Below, in pieces: positions 63,074 to 64,000 of a DNA stretch of 64,000 bases. Made by a program: the position numbers and the translations under genes. A model generated the notes under the pieces. That model was not told where the DNA came from and searched no databases. It worked only from the letters and a program-made list of their open reading frames with translations. Numbering within the stretch: position 1 is the stretch's first letter; every line of letters begins with the position of its first letter. Origin of the DNA: a virus (Duplodnaviria > Caudoviricetes); the IMG/VR virus record IMGVR_UViG_3300023283_000017, positions 3,370 through 67,369 of that record, one strand, 5' to 3'.

Positions 63074-64000
63074 CTACTGGGACTGCTGACCCGGAGGCGT
63101 CTGCGCTGCTGTGAGGGCCGACGCCATGATGCCCATGGACAGGTCACCGCCCTCTTCCTCGATCAGGTCTTTCTCTTCCTCGTAGTCACGATCCACAGGA
63201 GCGATCTCGCCGCGCTGAAGGTTCTCCCAAAGCGTGCGATGCGAGATCGCTCCAGACTGCCACGCCTTGATGTAGGCGGTCAGCGCTTGCGGCTCGAGGC
63301 GCGTCTCGACCCAGTCCCGATTGAGCGAGACCTTGACCTGATCGGGATCGCCGCCCGTCCATATCGCAGCCGTGCGAAGGGCACGCTCGAGACCCGCCTC
63401 AACCATGTTGACGACGTTGGTCAGCAAGGAAAGCTCGGAGCGACCGCGCATCCGTGCGGTGTCCGACGCCTCGTTACGATTGCGGCCTTCATGGATCATG
63501 CGCGCACCGAGCGCTGCCATGCGGTCCTCTTTGTCGAGCATGGCTTGGCGCTGCGCCTCGATGCCTACACCTGAGAACTCGAGCATCCCGGCCTGCGCAC
63601 CTTCGGGCAGGACCCAGAAGGCGCCGCTGCCAATGGTCGTGGGCTTGCTGTTCTCGCTTATGGCGCCGGTGACGTAGGGAGTGGGCTGCGCGGTCAAGAA
63701 AAGCGCGTGTTCGTAGTCGGCCGAGTTGCGATAGTGGCCGAGGTTGACGTCCACGAGGTCGAGGAACGGTGGCTTCTCGACGTCCGGGCGCAGGTCGTAG
63801 GGGTTGATGAAGACGAAGGGAATGGACTTCAACGGCGCGCCGTTGACCGTCGGGATTGTCCGGTCCTTCATGACCCACTGCGCGCCGTCCTTGTCCTGCT
63901 TCGTCGAGCCGAGCGCAACCCAACGGCGCACCTCGTAGTTGAGATCCTCGTTGAGGACCAGTTCGAGGCGCTGCTCTGCCAGATCGTTCACGTCGTCGTC
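63074..64000 (-). CDS. Portal protein (DUF4055-type), 5' end outside the window
   Basis: NLGHYRNSADYEH...AQPTPY, GSGAFW, MLEFSG, LGARM, EASDTARMR. Confidence 0.88.
   Translation of the reverse strand, partial: DDDVNDLAEQRLELVLNEDLNYEVRRWVALGSTKQDKDGAQWVMKDRTIPTVNGAPLKSIPFVFINPYDLRPDVEKPPFLDLVDVNLGHYRNSADYEHALFLTAQPTPYVTGAISENSKPTTIGSGAFWVLPEGAQAGMLEFSGVGIEAQRQAMLDKEDRMAALGARMIHEGRNRNEASDTARMRGRSELSLLTNVVNMVEAGLERALRTAAIWTGGDPDQVKVSLNRDWVETRLEPQALTAYIKAWQSGAISHRTLWENLQRGEIAPVDRDYEEEKDLIEEEGGDLSMGIMASALTAAQTPPGQQSQ

Noticed and set aside
1-64000. tRNA or rRNA genes
   Set aside because: No T-loop or cloverleaf seen in the short intergenic regions; tRNAscan-SE needed to confirm

Overview
This window is almost a whole genome of a tailed dsDNA phage, most likely a lytic siphovirus of Rhodobacterales/alphaproteobacteria. 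The host is inferred from GTA-like tail genes, a VPLPA-CTERM protein and a class II RNR. Nearly all genes are on the minus strand. About 1.5-33.5 kb holds early, replication and DNA-modification genes: family-A polymerase, clamp-loader-, clamp- and epsilon-like proteins, AEP primase, SSB, four helicases, ThyX, dCMP deaminase and dNTP pyrophosphohydrolases. It also holds a complete 7-deazaguanine pathway (FolE, QueD, QueE, QueC, QueF) with a DpdA-type DNA transglycosylase. About 34-64 kb holds spanins, tail, neck, capsid, scaffold, endolysin, a MuF head protein with toxin domains, NrdJ and a portal cut by the window edge; terS is at 0.6-1.05 kb. The most unusual features are: (1) non-canonical parts of the deazaguanine cluster (PRTase-FolE fusion, a coupled Cys-rich FliB/YkgJ-like protein, a QueC lacking all four Zn cysteines); (2) ten dispersed GTTTAAAC palindromes; (3) about ten copies of a 13-bp ATAAC-N3-GTTAT operator over promoters; (4) a duplicated non-coding repeat element flanking the whole replication/modification half; (5) a MuF protein with tandem ADP-ribosyltransferase and HExxH domains. 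All family assignments come from motif recognition by eye, not database searches, and motif counts are manual.
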